In this document: one piece after another, positions 12,681 to 26,823 of the stretch
How the letters are laid out: every line of letters starts with the position of its first letter
How positions within the stretch are numbered: position 1 is the stretch's first letter
NCBI GenBank assembly: GCA_013239625.1
Contig: MU054212.1
Coordinates: forward strand, 868,001-932,000
DNA: 64,000 nucleotides
Direction: 5' to 3'
DNA from: Lama guanicoe
Taxonomy: Eukaryota
Program-made: the position numbers and the translations under genes
The notes under the pieces: model-generated
Told to the model about the DNA's origin: nothing
Database searches by the model: none
Seen by the model: only the letters and a program-made list of their open reading frames with translations

Positions 12681-13283
12681 AGAAGTATTAGTACCGGGCA
12701 CGTCCTAAATCCTCCTCCTCCTCGCCCTTACTATTACTGTAATGGTTCTACCTGACAAGTCTTTCTTGCAGCTGCCACCTTCCCCTCCTTTTCTTGCGAC
12801 CCCAGCCATCTGCTCAATTTTCCTGTTTCTTGACCCTGCATTTCCTCCAGCTCGGGGCGCTAATCCCAGTCCCTCAGGCTGTGGGGCTAAGTCACAGCCC
12901 AGGGGACAAAGCAGAGGGGCCTGGGTTTCTGGCTCAGTGGCCGAGCTGGGCTGGCCTTGAGCTATACTGGGGCCGCACTGCCACTCGGCCCCTACACCAC
13001 ACCTTAGCAGCAGGGACCTCTCCACCCCTCCTCTGCTCCCCCAGCATTTATGACGGGACCCCTCCCTGTATATTCATGTAGGATTCTGGGATTTCACATG
13101 CTTCCTGGGGAGTCAAATGCATGAATACAGAAATCATTGTGCTCCCTGACAAGTGTAACCACCATGGAGGGAGGTGTGACCTCTGCTTCGGGTGTTTTGG
13201 GAAGACTTTGCAAGGCGGCAGCCTTTCCATTCATCTTTCAAAAATGAACAGGAGTTTGTTGGGCCAACATGGGGCCTTGGTCA

Positions 13284-13386
13284 TAGTGTGACCAACTGTC
13301 CCACTTTGCCTGAGACTAAGGAAGGAGGATTTTCATGACTAAAACCAGGCCAGTCCCAGGCAAACCAGAATGTTTGTCACCCCTAC
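13284..13386. mobile_element. MER81-like hAT-Blackjack MITE
   Basis: Terminal inverted repeats tagtgtgaccaactgtccc ... gtcacccta, with internal aaaccagg..agtcccaggcaaacc. Confidence 0.6.
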
Positions 13387-16300
13387 TAGTCCATCATGAC
13401 GATCTCTCTGCATCTTAAGGGACTTGTTCTCTTTTACCAGTTATCTGAGAGCCTGTAGGTAACTGTGGCTGGGACCCTGATATCAGTTCTAGAACACGGG
13501 GCGACTTCCTGCCTGGAGCAGCTCTGGCGCTCAGAGTCTCCATCCTTTTGTCCTCCTCCTTGTCCTGGGACCCGTCTTGATTACCTGCTTCACCTGTGCC
13601 GGGCTGTGTTTAAGTCAGTGTTTCTCAAAGCTGGTCCTTGAATCCCTATGCTAAGAAAAGGGACCCAAGCTTGGGGCTTACTGCCATCTTGAAATTCTTA
13701 ATAATTTTACATTTGAATCTGTGTTTTGTAAGTGAAGTCCAATGGGACCTTGGGGCATGTGCTGCCTCTCAGACAGGTTCTCGACCAGCTGCTCCCCAGT
13801 GGATGACGCGTCCATTCCGTCGAATCCTTCTTCCTGTCCCCACCCTGCCCCGCTCTGGCTGGGGTCTGGGAGGATTGGCTGCGTGCACACTGTGCAGAGG
13901 AGGAGGAGCAGGGCAGCGCCTTCTCCATCTCAAGCTGGCAGAATGATGGGTGACTTGACAGGGGCAAGCCTCTCGCCCATCCGCATCCAGGTATGAAGCG
14001 TATCCCAGGGTGGAGGTTCCAGTCCCTTGGGCGCCTTCCATCTGTGTGAGTTGGGCGGTGGGCCTGTGGGAAGGGGATCTTGACTTTCTTGCTCTTGGCC
14101 AGGGCACGTTGTGTCCCCAGCAGCCATCGGGAGGGGATCCTGGTGTGCGCATGGCCAGTGATGGAGTGGGGTCCCCGTGAGGGTCTGCGTTCACCCTTGC
14201 CCAAGGGAGTGCAAAATTAAATAGCAAATAAATGCTACCATGATAGGTCAAGAGAGACTTGAAGGCAGTTAGAGAATCACACTGATTAGAATGGAGCCTA
14301 ATGGCATCCTTAGTTGTAGAGCAGAAGGCAGGTGCACAGAGCTTCTTACATTGATTTTTCTGGAATGGGGGAGAAAAAAGCAAGGATTTCCTTTTAGAAC
14401 TCCCTGAACAGATACTTCCATTCTGTTGGTGAGAAAGCCCTCACATGTCCACTCTCAGGCCTTTGCTCCCTCCCTCCTGCACCAGAAGTTTCAAGACGTG
14501 ACCAGTCGTAGGCTTGGCTTATGGAAAAGTCTTGTCATCCTGAAAGGAACATCAAGAAAGGAAGAAGCTGGAGTTTATGAGGACAGGGGGATACAAGGCA
14601 GGCACAGGATCAACCCATCCAAGTGGGTCTTTTCAAGCTTGACAAGCTTTCCCAAATTTGGGGTGGATTTGTTCCCTGAGAACCATCAGTTGAATTGCAG
14701 TTCAGGTGGAAGTGGTCCTCTGTCTTTGCAAGTCAGGCAGTTAATGGACCTACACGTCTTAGCCAGGACTAATGAGCTGGAGAAAAACCCCTCTCAATCG
14801 CTGGCTGCCCAAACCACAAGGAGACCATTCCTCCGGGGAGCCTGCACCCGCGGGTGTTTGCGTTTGAGTCACCCCTGCTCCCTGAGCAGAAGGAGACTCC
14901 TGCTGCCCGGAACCAGGATGCAAGGAGCTCATGATCGTCTCTAATGGTTCCTTGAGATTTTTGCCACGTTGCTTGACCAGAACAGGTGGCCACGGATTAT
15001 CAAAGGCTGATGTTCCATTTAGTTTTGTGTTGCTTATCTCCTTGGGAAGCAGTTGTTGGAGAACTTTAGAGACATGGTCCACACTTCAAGGAGGTGAGTT
15101 AATCATACCTCTGAGCTCACAGCATGCTGTGGACTACGCCTCTCTCTTGCTTTATTTTTCTGTTTTCCCACCCCCTTCACAAGAACCTGCTCTGGCATCT
15201 TTGCTACTTAATCTGAAACACAGTGTTGCTCTTAAGAAGTGCCCACTTCCACGGACAAGGCCCTTGCATGTGCGGGCTCTGTGCCAAGTGGTCTCCAGGC
15301 ATCAGTTCTTTAACCCCTCACACCAGCCCTCTGTGGTGCTTGGTCACCGACGTTTCTGTCCGGGTAGAGTGGGTCCACTTGGGTGGTGCTGCTGGCCTCT
15401 TTCTGTCCCCGCTTCTGGATGGTGAGTGTGGAATCAGGAGCTGATCGAGCACGGCTCTGCCCTGTCCCTTGAGAGCAGGCGTCCTCTCAGACTCACAGAG
15501 GCCACCCACTCCGGGACATCGCACCTGCCGGGCGCAGTCCACAGACACCACCTGAGTCCTCCAATGTCTGCTTCACCAGAAATAAAAACGATACTTTGTC
15601 CTCCTTACCCTTGTTCCTTTGTCTTCTCAGTTGGTTCTGAACCAGATAGGGAAGAGGGGTGCTTTTTATTGGTCTCTTTCAAAAACTCCAATGTTAAGTA
15701 CTAATATTATTCCTTTTTACAGATGAGGCACCAAGGCACAAAAGGATGCAGGGCATTGCCCAGAGTGCACAGCTTGGAACCTGGAGCCAGACGTTCTGGC
15801 CCAGGTCCTGCTATCTCAACCACTACAATACACTGCCTGTAAAAAGTGAAGTGTTGTTTTATGTGGTTATATGTGTGTGTATCTGTGTATGAATGTGAAT
15901 GTATAAGTATATTATAATACATATAACGTGTTCATACAAATGTGCCGTAACATCTTCCATATTCACGTGCTCCATGTTATGAAGGTTCATTGATACTGTG
16001 TGTATATTTATTTCCTTGCTTCTCACCTCTGCAAGGTTGGTATTTGTGTGGTCATTAGTGAGGTTGTCTTTCACACTGTGAATTTATTTAATAGAATTAT
16101 TGCCTGGGGGGAAGTCATATATAGGTATAAATGAGATGTGTGCCAAAAGTTACATCAGATATTTAGAACTCATTTTGCATCTTTTTCCTAGAATAACATT
16201 ATAAATAAGAAGCTCTAAGCTATGCCTGAAAACCCATTTAGTCTCTTGTGTAGTTAATATTCCACATTTAATAGCTGTCATATTCCACATTTACAGGATG

Positions 16301-17931
16301 GATGCTATAAACGTTTGGTACAATCCTCCCCACTCTGTGTAGCTTTGGGCGCAGGGGGAGGAAAGGGGCCTGGATTGGAGCAAGGCTTAAGGAAGGAAGA
16401 CAGGGGAGGATGAGAGTGGGGGAGGGGGCACAAGTGGGTCCTTGGGAAGTGAGTGGGGGCGGGCTATTGTGTGGATGAGGAACTTTGGGGCCCCATCCAT
16501 CCTCCAACTCCAGACTGTCTTTTCCAGAAGTCCTCGCCTCTCACCCCCGTCAGCCCTCTTGAGATCCAGACACCATTCCTGGCGAGGTGGCCCTATTGCT
16601 CTTAGTGGGATGTTTCCTGCTGGCGTGGAAGGTGTTCTTCCCTTGTCAGTCCCCATCTCCGCCAGCGGGCAGAGCGGGCATAAGCTGCATCCCTGCCCGC
16701 CAGGCGTGCCTGGAGCTGATTAGCTGGGGCGCTGGGCCCAGTCTCTCTGTTTAACCTGCCTGCGGTGGTGGATCTGTCTGGCTGCCCTGACTACCTCCAG
16801 GCTGGTGTTCCACTTGTCGCCCCCCTGGGGCAGGCTTGAGTCCCTGTCCTTGTTCCTAACAGTGTCCTACCCAGAGCTGGATTTCAGGAAATTGAGGCTC
16901 AAAATTCGGCTCACTCACCTAAGATCACTTGAGTCCCTGCCCATGCTGAGCCAGGCACAGAACCCACCCAGGTCTCCTGATGTCCGTCAGCCTGGAGCCC
17001 AACTGCTCTCCGCTGTCCAGCCACCACACCTCACCCCATCCGCTCTGACCCTTCACCCCCGGCCTCCCCATTCCCTGTGGCATCGCCCTAACATGTATTT
17101 GCCCTGCTGTGAAGGCCTGCTGGGGTCATGTGGGAGTCAGAGCATTTACGTGGGAGCGTTTGGGACCCAGGAGGCCATCCCATGTCCAGATCTGAGAGTT
17201 CAGTTGGGGATGCATCTGTTCATCCCAGTGACAGTGACTTTGAGTGTCCCATTTCATGTGAAATAAGGGCAGTCATTAGGGTTTTGGCCTCATTAGGGTT
17301 CTGGTCAACTGCCAGCATCGCCCTGAGTGGGGCCTACAGCTGTATGTGGCCCGAGTCTTCCTGCTGCAGTTTGTGAGTTTGCAGGATCATCCAGCTCACA
17401 TTCCACATTCACAGGCTATGTGCACTCGAGCTGTGAGTATTTACTGAATTACTGCTGTGATGGGTGTTTTAATCCAGGAAGCATGAAACACATACAACTC
17501 ACCAGAGGCAATGAGGGCTGCGTTGAGACCTGCAGGTTCCACAGGCACCGGCAGGCTCCCGGGGGCAGGGTTAGGCTTTAGCTGGGTCGAATTGAGTTGA
17601 GGTAGATGCATGGTGTCTCAAGTGGAGATCAGTTGGACTGTCAGGTCTGAAGTTTATGTCAGAAGCCTGGGCTTGAGACGTAAATCAGAGCCAGTGGTGC
17701 AAGATGGAAACAGCGTGGCTTGACATGAGGAAAGGCTGAGCGCTGAACTCGGGGTGATCTGGAAGAGATGTGGGAGTGAGAGGTGAGGAAGGGGGACTGG
17801 CCGGTGCCCCACCCTTTGCGGAAGTGTGGCTGCATCTGGGAGAAGGAGGTGGGTGGAGCTAGAGGAGGGTTTGGATGGAGGAAGAGGAATTTTCTCATCT
17901 TTCGGATGGAAGAGAGATTTAAAAGCTGATG

Positions 17932-18328
17932 ACTGGAGGGTATTATGCTTAGTGAAATAAGTCAGAGGGAGAAAGACAAATACTACATGTTTTTACTAAT
18001 AGACTCTGAAAAAATGAAACAAATGAACGAATAGAACAGAACAGAAACAGATTCACAGATACAGAGAACCAACTAGCGGTTACTACAGGGAGAGGCTGGG
18101 GGGAGGGACACATAGGGAAAGGGGATTAAGAGGACAAACCACTGGGTATAAAATAAGTAGGGCAGAAAGATGTAATGTGCAGCACAGGGAATATAGCCAG
18201 TGTTTTACAATGACTTTATATGCAGTGTGATCTTTGAAAATTTTGAATCACTATGTTGTACACCCAAAACTAATATAATACTGTAAGTCAACTGTACTGT
18301 AATTGAAAACTAAATGAATACATAAAAT
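17932..18328 (+). mobile_element. 5'-truncated L1 3' end (L1MA9/artiodactyl-type) with TSD
   Basis: gagggtattatgcttagtgaaataagtcag...aactgtactgtaattgaaaa, flanked by aaaagctgatg at 17921-17931 and 18329-18339 in a TT/AAAA endonuclease context. Confidence 0.85.
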
Positions 18329-20910
18329 AAAAGCTGATGGGAAGGATCCAACTGAAGGCAGGAGGGAATGGGACCCGGAGCGCGGAGGGAGGAGGCTTGT
18401 GTTCCATTGGTCCAGAGGGAAGGTGGGGGGATGTGCAGATGCGAATGCCGCGTGGATTTGGGAGGAGAAGGCAGGGGATTCCTTTTTGATGGTTCTAATT
18501 TTACCAGTGAAAGAGAAAAAGTTATCTTCAAGGGTGGAAGGAGAGGACGTGGGGTAGTGGGTGAGGGTTTGAGGATCATGGAGAATCAGGCTCAGAAAAT
18601 GGGCAGAAGCCAGGGAGGCTGCACAGTCAGAAGCACAGGTCCCTCTGTGAGGACGCAGCTGTGTCTGGACACTGGTTGCTGCAGCTGGTGCTGACACACG
18701 GCCAGCCCGGAGCCCGGACTCTGGGCTCAGGACGCCCCTGCTGGGTCAGCCACTGTCCCCAGAAGCCAGATGGGGCTGCCGTATTCTGTGTCCCTGCCTT
18801 TTTATATCACTTGCTCTAGATGTAAAATCTCTGAAGGGGACATCCGATTTGCTGAGTCCAGATCAGGCATCCATACTGCCTTCCTTACCTGCCGGGGGAG
18901 CCGGAAAAACTGGCATTTTCAGCTTCTAAAATCAGAAGTGCTTTCTACTCCCAGCAAGATTCATATGTTGGGAATGGCATTAGGAACCTCAGAAATCCAA
19001 CAAACAAAAGACGAACACCTCTAACAGGGCCCTTTCTCCAGCCATATTCTGATGGCAGTTCCAAACTCCCACCTGGAACGGGCGTGCTCTTTCTCCAGAT
19101 GCATGGTCTCTCGCCTTATTTGGGTTTGTTATTGTGACAACCAATAAAATCCCCCAGACAGTGACACCACCCCCTTTGAGAACTACCACACTAGGGGATT
19201 TTGTGTTCAGAAAGTAAAGACAGCTTTTGGCCAAAGGACAGGTTCTAAGATGAGTATTCACTTTATAGCCCAGCTGATTTGAAATGACACTTTAGGTTAA
19301 AGCTTATTCCAAAAAAAAAAAAAAGAGAGAGAGAGAGGATATGGTGACTAATAAAAAGGAGTATGCCGAGTCAATTTAAGTGACCGGCATTGTGCACAGC
19401 TGTTGTCAAAAGGGTCCCCCAAGTGCCCTGTCATTAGTAAGAGCCTTGGAAACACAGCCAAAAGGATAATTTTAGCCTTAGGTAAAACTCTGACTTAGCC
19501 ATGGATGCTAAATCTTAAGAAAGATGTAACAGAGGGAGAAAGAAGCAGATATGACAACTAAGTAGGGAAGGACCATTATGGGTGCAGACCAAAAAGGATA
19601 GTACCCTCTAAGGAGAAAGATGTTGGCCAAGGAGGAGACGGGAGCATTATGGAGGGTGTGGACTTATTTATGAAAAATGATGATAACGTCATTTAAAATA
19701 TGATTTAGGATAAATCCTCAACATTGAGAAATATTTTGTTGAATTTTATCTTGGTGCAAGTCACTTGTAGAAATCAATGATTTTTTAGGAGTTAAGTTAA
19801 AAAAATTTAGATAACATGGTTGCTAGTTACTAAAGTTGAGTTAGTTAAATCTCTTTGCCTTGGAAGAACATGATTAGAATTTCCCTTGTCCTGTATCACT
19901 TGTCAGACAAATTCTTAGGCTATTTATTAGTTCAGTGAGTGAACTAAATGTCATGCCCAATTTTATTATAAATTATCAAAGAAAGCGTGAATGAGGAAAA
20001 GTGAGTTTTACAAGGAGAACTTGGTCCTGGACAAAAAAAATATTCCCTAACAGTAGAGGGTAGCTGTAGAGAGTTGGTTAAAATACTAGACTTAATTGTG
20101 AAATTGAGCTCAGAGTTCTTAGACTCCAATGGGCTTCAGCTTATTTAAAGTCACCACCAAATCTATTTGTAAATTGTTAGTTGTAGGTAAATGCTCTTGA
20201 GTAAAGAATGTGAGTTTCAAGTTCTGCCCTTTGAGTCTACCGAGGGAACAAGGACTGAGAACCATGCTATGTGTCTTCAGTCACTTGTTTTCCTTCAGAG
20301 TTAAGAATTTATCAGTCATAAAATACAGATGCAAATGATTCATCTTTTCCCCATCTTTTGATTTTTTTTCTTGAACTCTTCCACCAAAAAAAAAAAAAAT
20401 AATGGGCTTGTCATTTTCCAAGTTATTGGAGTGATCTGAATCTTTAGACTCTATTTTGGTTCAGGGTTTTTATCTGTCAGGCTACTGTAGTTATCTTTAA
20501 TGAGCAAGAGAGATACTTTAATTCTCTTTTCCTTTCCAGTTCCTACCATAATCTTTGCCTCCTGCTGCTTGAATATTAATTCCGTAAAAAGCACCTAGGG
20601 AGATGTGGGGCTGGTATTTAAATTCTGGGCAGGCTGTCATGAGGGAAAATGGTGGAAATCTGTGCTGCTCCAAAGGGTGGGAGGAGGACTTACGAGAAAA
20701 AGTTTTTGTCAGAAACATATAATGGCCAGAACTTGTCAGCAGTGCGGTGGCTTCCTCTCAAAAGGAGATTCTAGGATTAAGGTTCCTACCCTGGGTGAGA
20801 GGTTGACCCGTAAGTTTCTGGAATGATCTACTCCCCCCCAAAGGTGAATGGGTGCTTTTGGGGAACAATAGGAGCTGTTGAGGGACACAGGGACTTTCCT
20901 TCCAAGCACA

Positions 20911-21037
20911 TTTTTTTTTTTGAAGGTGGCTTAGGTAATTAGGTTCATTTATTTATTTTAATGGTGGTAGTGGGGATCAAACCCAGGACCTTGTGCATGT
21001 TAAGCATGTGCTCTACCCTGAGCTATACCGTCCCCAC
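20911..21037 (-). mobile_element. Camelid-type tRNA-derived SINE
   Basis: Poly-T followed by ggtaattaggttcatttatttatt...ggggatcaaacccaggaccttgtgcatgttaagcatgtgctctaccctgagctatacc. TSD ccaagcacattttt / ccaaacacattttt. Confidence 0.8.
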
Positions 21038-21489
21038 CCAAACACATTTTTTCTGATGGTGCCAGGGTCTGGGTTTTATAGCGCAGGGTGATGATAAAGC
21101 CACGAGAAAGTGCTCTTACCGAGCCATTGGCCAACGTGCTGCTCTTGGGACCAGGATTAAAAAGGATCTGTTTTCTGGCCGGCTGAGTTGTTTTTTCATC
21201 ACTGGTCTTGATTGTTTAATGAGGATTGTACTTCATTTTGTGAGAAGTTTTCAGACAAGGTTACTAAGATTAAGTTCAGTTTCACTTGATCTCTATTTTT
21301 CCTTCTCAATTAAAAAGTTTCTATAAAATTAGCTCATTAAATAAGTTTTTCAAATGGGCATCGGCCACAAAGGGAATTTAATTGTTTGGTTCTGTATTTT
21401 GGAACTATTTTCATAACTTTTATTTGTATTTTTACATGGAGAGTGGGAATGTTTATAATTTAGTTAATAAAAATGTTTCAAAATGTTTG

Positions 21490-22230
21490 TCTGTGATTTA
21501 CTTATTAATGACAAAGATAAGAAGATGACTTTATAATGAGGAAATCTTGTGGACATCTTCTTAAGCAAGTGATCAAACGGCATCACCAATAATGGGACAG
21601 CCTGGCACCCCACGCTCCCTGCCATGATGCCATGAGAAGGGCATGTCTCCAGGAAGTAATCCTGCCAGATTGTTTACCCTGAATCAGATCATGAGAAAAC
21701 CATCAGATAGATTCAGACAGGGGACATTCTGTGGTAGAAAGATGTCCATGTCACGAAAGACAAAAATCGTGAGAGGACTGCTCCATATTAAAGGAGACAA
21801 GAGACTTGGCAAGTAGATGCTGTCTATAAGCCTTGGTTGCATCCTGGATTGGAAAAATACAATGGCTTTATTAGGAGAATTAGGGAAATTCAAATATGGA
21901 CAGTGTGTTATCTAAGATTTTTGTGTAAAGGGTTACATTTCTTAGGCATCAAAACGTTGAGTTTATAGAGGAGAAATGTCCATGTTCTTGGGAGATACAT
22001 GCTGAAATATTTAGGGCTGAAGCACAATGATGTCTCACACTTACTTTCACAGATTAATAAAAAAAGCATATGTGAGTGTGTAGCCAGACAGAGAGCATGA
22101 GAGGAAAAGTACAAACGTGGCAAAATGTTAACATTTGGTGAATCTAAGTGAAAAGTTTAGGGTAATCATTGTATACTGTTCTTTGAGCTTTCCTGTAGGT
22201 TTGAAAATTATACAAAATTAAAAAGTTGGA
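21490..22230 (+). mobile_element. Old L1 (L1MC-like) 3'UTR
   Basis: aagcaagtgatcaaa..atcaccaataatgggaca, gggacattct, aaatgttaacatttggtgaatcta, ending tttgaaaatt...aaaagtt. Confidence 0.65.
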
Positions 22231-23780
22231 AGAAGCAAATCAGGAAATGCTGCATTGTTTTTCAAATTCTAAAGCTATGGTAATAGTTTTGTTTTACATT
22301 ATAAACTTAGACTTTTTTGGTGGAGAGTGTGCCGTTTAGTTGAGTGAGACGCTAATTTTGGATGTGACTTTAAATACATTTGCATAATATTTTGCAATAT
22401 CACATGTCCCATTTGTTGACTTCATTTCAATTCAACAGCACTTATTAAGCACCTACTCTGAGGATGCAGGAGTCATTAAGACACAAAGATGTCAGTCTAG
22501 TGGGAATGACAGATAGGAACAAACATTACCACAGAGCATAGTAAGTGTTCTTTTAGATGGAGAACGTAAACTTTACATGAAGTAGATATTATTATCTTTC
22601 ATCTGTGCACTTAAACATCTTTTATGATTGTTTTATGTTATTATTTTATGGACAAGGAAATGGAAAAGTCTCAGAGTGCTTCAGTGATGTGCTTGAAGTC
22701 ACGTGGCTAGTGGGTCACAGAGCAAAGATCTGCTTCAGGCAGTTGGTGCTCCTGTTCCCTCAGCTGTGCACCTCCAAGCTCAGGCACCAGACGGGGACAC
22801 TTGGGGGTTCCTCTCTGTCTCTGTGCTCGCCCCCTGGTGCTCGCCCACGAGCTCAGTGGTAGGAACCACCCTGTCTCAGCTACTCCCCTTGAAGTCTTTG
22901 GAAGTCAAAGTGCCTAACGCTGCACCTTTTATGATTATTATCTGATTCGTTAAAACATTACTTAAAAGCTACTTTGTCCCTCCTCCTAAAAGGTCATCAG
23001 CAAAGTGCAAGCCATCTTCGCTTGTGTCAGAAGCACGTGGAGAGAGGATGGGGACTCAGTCCTTCTCGGTCACTTTTCCCCCCTTATCTTAACTCCCAAA
23101 TGTTATTTCTCCGAAAATACACAACTCAACCTTTGCTTTTCTGCTCCTGGTGACTCCATGGCCTGGCGTTTTCTGGTTTCACAAAGGGCCGTCGTTTACA
23201 TCAGTGAGTCTCAAGTGTCGCTCGTTCGTGCTTTGAAGTATTTTGAGTGATCGAAGGGCAAACATAAAGTAGCTGATCATAGAGGTTTAAGAGAAGGAGC
23301 CATTTAGAAGCCCTATCAGTTAAAATCGTCAAGTAGAAGAGAATAAATCCACACCTGTTGGTTTAACACACAGGAACCCACTTTGGAGGCCACTCTCTCC
23401 GGCTCCCAGTGCTGTTTTGAATCTGTACGTCTTGGGGGGGTTTGCTGCAGAGCCGGAGTGCTTGGCCAGAACCCACTGCAAGTTGCACCTTGGTAGTGGG
23501 GACAGAGAAAGCACAGAGCCCTTTAGTGCAAATGGACCCAGAAAGAGCGAAATGCAGCCTCCTGGGAGTCAGGCCACGTAAACATGTGCTGAGGAACCAA
23601 GTTCCTAAGTTCTTAAGACAGACGTGGGATGGGAGTATTTTGGAGTGGAAAGTCCTCTTCATAGGTACTGGAAGATGAGTTGGTGGAATCCGGGGACCTA
23701 TTAGGTCCAGGTGGCAGGCTCAGGTAACAAGCAGCGGGACACACCGCGACATGTCTCCCCCTGCAGCTCAGGTGGGATTT

Positions 23781-24045
23781 TGTGTGTGTGTGTGTATATA
23801 TATATATATAGTTTTAATTGAAATATAGTCAGTTTACAATGTTGTGTCGATTTCTGGTGTACAGCACTATGCTTCAGTCATATATGAACATACATGTATT
23901 CATTTTCATATTCTTTTTCACCAGAAGTTACTACAAGGTATTGAATATAGCTCCCTGTGCTGTACAGTATGAACTTGTTTACCTATTTTATATGCCTTAG
24001 TATCTGTAAATCTCGAACTCCCAATTTATCCCTTCCCACCCCCTG
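23781..24045 (-). mobile_element. L1 3' end (young artiodactyl/camelid type) with a (TG)n(TA)n tail
   Basis: ttttaattgaaatatagtcagtttacaatgttgtgtcgatttctggtgtacagca...aactcccaatttatcccttccc. Confidence 0.8.
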
Positions 24046-25068
24046 ATGTGGGATGTTTAACTACTATGCTGCTTTAAAGGGATCAGACGTGATCTCAGAA
24101 CAGGATGAAGGGAAACAGAGAAGTTTCCTCTGAGCCAACAAGGCTGTTTCATTTATGAGGATTTGCTGTAGCAGAAAGTGCATCTCTAGAAACCAGTGCA
24201 CTCAGATAACCACTGAGATGTATTATCGCATAGGCCCCCGCCTCCAGGCTCCCTATAGTGGAATCTTAGCATGTTTGGAACTTCTTTGACAGTTATTTCT
24301 CCCAGGATGAAACAGTTCAAATGTTAAGGATCTATTAGGCTCTGCGGCAAAGCTAATGGCCAATGAGGAGAGGATACAAAGTTCTGGATTTTCACACCTG
24401 CAAGATATGGGCACATGATTTCACCTCTCACACTTTCCTCATGTGTAAAGCGGGGTTAATAAAATCCCACTTTTATTGTGAGAATGTTTGTGAGGTGCTT
24501 AACATAGTACCTGGAACAGAGTAACCCTTAGATCACACACTACTAAATAAATAGGGTTTTGGGGGGGGGAGGGATTTTGATGGAAGAGGTTAAGAATGCT
24601 TTGAATAATTCCTGTATCCAAAATGTTTCATTTATGTTCTCTTATTCCTATATCTAAAAGAAGTCTTATTTTCTTGTGGTTTAAGAGAGAGATGCAGTTT
24701 TAAAGGAAATATATTTGTGCTGATTTTCCATACTGGGAGTTCGTGGATTTCCTATGAATTCCTTCACTAGATAATAATGGTACTTGTCTTCTGGAAATTA
24801 TTTCTCCTACCTTTAGGCATGGCTTTATGGTTTTCAGAGTACCTTACAATTCCTGATTAGTTTTTCTCAATGAGGTTGGATAATTTTTTCCAAGGATGGG
24901 TAGACAGTTTAGGAGCATTAATCTGAACCCAGGGAAGCAGATTTTTCAAGATCAGAGAGCAAGTATTTGAGCCAGAACTGGTTGACCTTAGGGTTTTCAG
25001 TAACTGATGTGATGGAGAATTAAGCAAAGGAGCTTCTTAGAACAAAGGATAATCTGTGTGACCAAGAG

Positions 25069-25265
25069 CAGTGGTTCTCAAAGTGGGGTTGAGAACCCCC
25101 GGGGATCCCAAGACCCTTTAGGAGGTCCACAAGCTGTGAGGTCTTTCTTTTTCCCATTACAGATCTACGTGAGGCCAGATTTTCTTCAAATACTTTAAGC
25201 AAAAAACAAAATATCACAATAATTTGAAGAGGCAGCTATGAGAATCCAGCTGTCTTCTATGAAGG
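25069..25265. mobile_element. hAT-Charlie fragment
   Basis: cagtggttctcaaagtggggt...ggggatcccaagaccctt...gtgaggccagattttcttca...agaatccagctgtcttctat. Confidence 0.55.
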
Positions 25266-25863
25266 CACACATATCTTTGCATTGTCCTGGCCGTGGGCCA
25301 AAAGTGATGAGGATGAACAAGGAAATCAGTGAGAGGGAGAGAAATCAGGAAAAGAGGAGTTGAGTGGAGCTGGTGTAGGGAAAGAGGTGCTTTGCTCCAC
25401 CAAGCAGCCACGCAGGTCTCAGTTCTGCAGCTGTGAGCTCTTCAAGACCTGGAGCCAGAGCCGTGTCCCTCCCGGGAGACACTCAGGGCTGTGCTATCGG
25501 CTCTTCGTCCTGGAAGAGCTTTGCACACGATGACTCTTGTTTGCCATCAGACTTCTCTGGATGTACAGACTTGAAGATGCTAGGTAGGCTAGTTGAAATT
25601 CATGGGTATAATGATTGAGGTGCGACAAAGATTAATGTCTAGATTTGGTGGAGAAAGAAAAATGACTATTTTGGTTTTGAACATGATTAGCTTGAGAGGC
25701 TGCACTCAGGTAGAGATGTCCAATCAGCTGTTAGAAATGGGATCTGGATCTCGGGAGAGGTGTGGCTAGGTGTGTCGCCTTGGGAAACAGCATCGGATAG
25801 AGTTGGTGGAGAGTGTGGATAGACAAGGCTGCTTGAGTAACTGTGTCTCCTTTGCTTCATCAG

Positions 25864-25981
25864 CTTTTCCACGTGGCCTATGTTTTAATCAAATTTGCAA
25901 ATTCTCCTCGCCCTGATCTTTGGGTCTTGGAAAGGTCTGTCGACTTTGGAAGCACCTACTCACCTTGGCAATATTTTGCTC
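25864..25981 (+). CDS. LAMA3: Laminin alpha-3 coding exon (human exon 3 equivalent), LN domain
   Basis: Acceptor tttgcttcatcag| and donor c|gtaagt; 118 nt. Translates [39 protein letters not shown](H), a typical laminin alpha-3/alpha-5 LN motif. Confidence 0.96.
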
Positions 25982-26704
25982 GTAAGTAATCCTGCCTACC
26001 ATGTCATGAGGGATTTGAATTGTTTGCAACAGATCAAGACTATGGATTTAACCAGAAAATTAGTCTCTCAGTGTGGCTAGTCAAGGGGCTGGTCAGTTTT
26101 AACTTTCCAGGTGACCTCAGAACATCCCCATTCCACAAGCATGTGTGCATGGATTCCAGGGATACACATGCAGAACTGGGGTTGAAACATCTTTTATGAT
26201 AATGGTTCTTGCTGCAATTTAGGGGGAAGCAGATACCTACAACTGGGCCATAGCTCCAGTCCATTTCCTTTTATGTAAAATTAGAAACTAAATTCTGTCT
26301 TTACGGATCCCACCTTTTGCATTACTTACCTTGACCACTTTATCTTCACTAATGAAGGGTGTCTGTGTCTCTGAACCCTGTGATGAATTGAGGTGGAGAG
26401 GAATTTTGCTTTCAAAGGTGTTGGGTTTTCCATGAATGCTCCTTAGAGGGTAAATGTGCCTAATGAGGAGTGAGGATTTAGAACCATATCTCCAGACATT
26501 CCTGTTGAAAGTCACGTGGCCTGAAATGGCTTCGTGTTTTCTTTCATGAATTAAGAACTTCATCCTAAGTTTCTGTCTGAAAATCTTACATGCTTTTCTG
26601 TTCTTACCATTTTCATATATTTTCTTAAGGTAACAAAAGATTTCTTAAAAGATTTACAAGATGATAATATTTTATTTTACAATATTAAATCGTTTCCTTC
26701 CCAG

Positions 26705-26823
26705 ATTCTAAAGTAGACTGTTTGGAACAGTTTGGGCAGGAGGCGAACCTGGCTGTCACCCGGGATGATGATGTTCTTTGTACTACTGACTATTCCCGGA
26801 TTGTGCCATTGGAAAACGGTGAG
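26705..26823 (+). CDS. LAMA3: LAMA3 coding exon (exon 4 equivalent), LN domain
   Basis: Acceptor tttccttcccag| and donor gag|gtacgt; 119 nt. Translates (H)[39 protein letters not shown], in phase with the previous exon. Confidence 0.96.

Noticed and set aside
13707..15425. Cluster of 160-200 aa ORFs on both strands
   Set aside because: GC-rich intronic sequence, mostly non-ATG starts, overlapping on both strands, with no homology I recognise.
20911..21037. tRNA gene
   Set aside because: The tRNA-like boxes belong to a SINE with an A-tail and TSD; the same applies to 32030-32197.
1..25863. LAMA3 exons 1-2 or a separate nested gene
   Set aside because: I saw no signal-peptide exon or GQFCDYC-like exon. 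The ORFs here lack recognisable domains and consistent splice structure, so this is read as intron 2.
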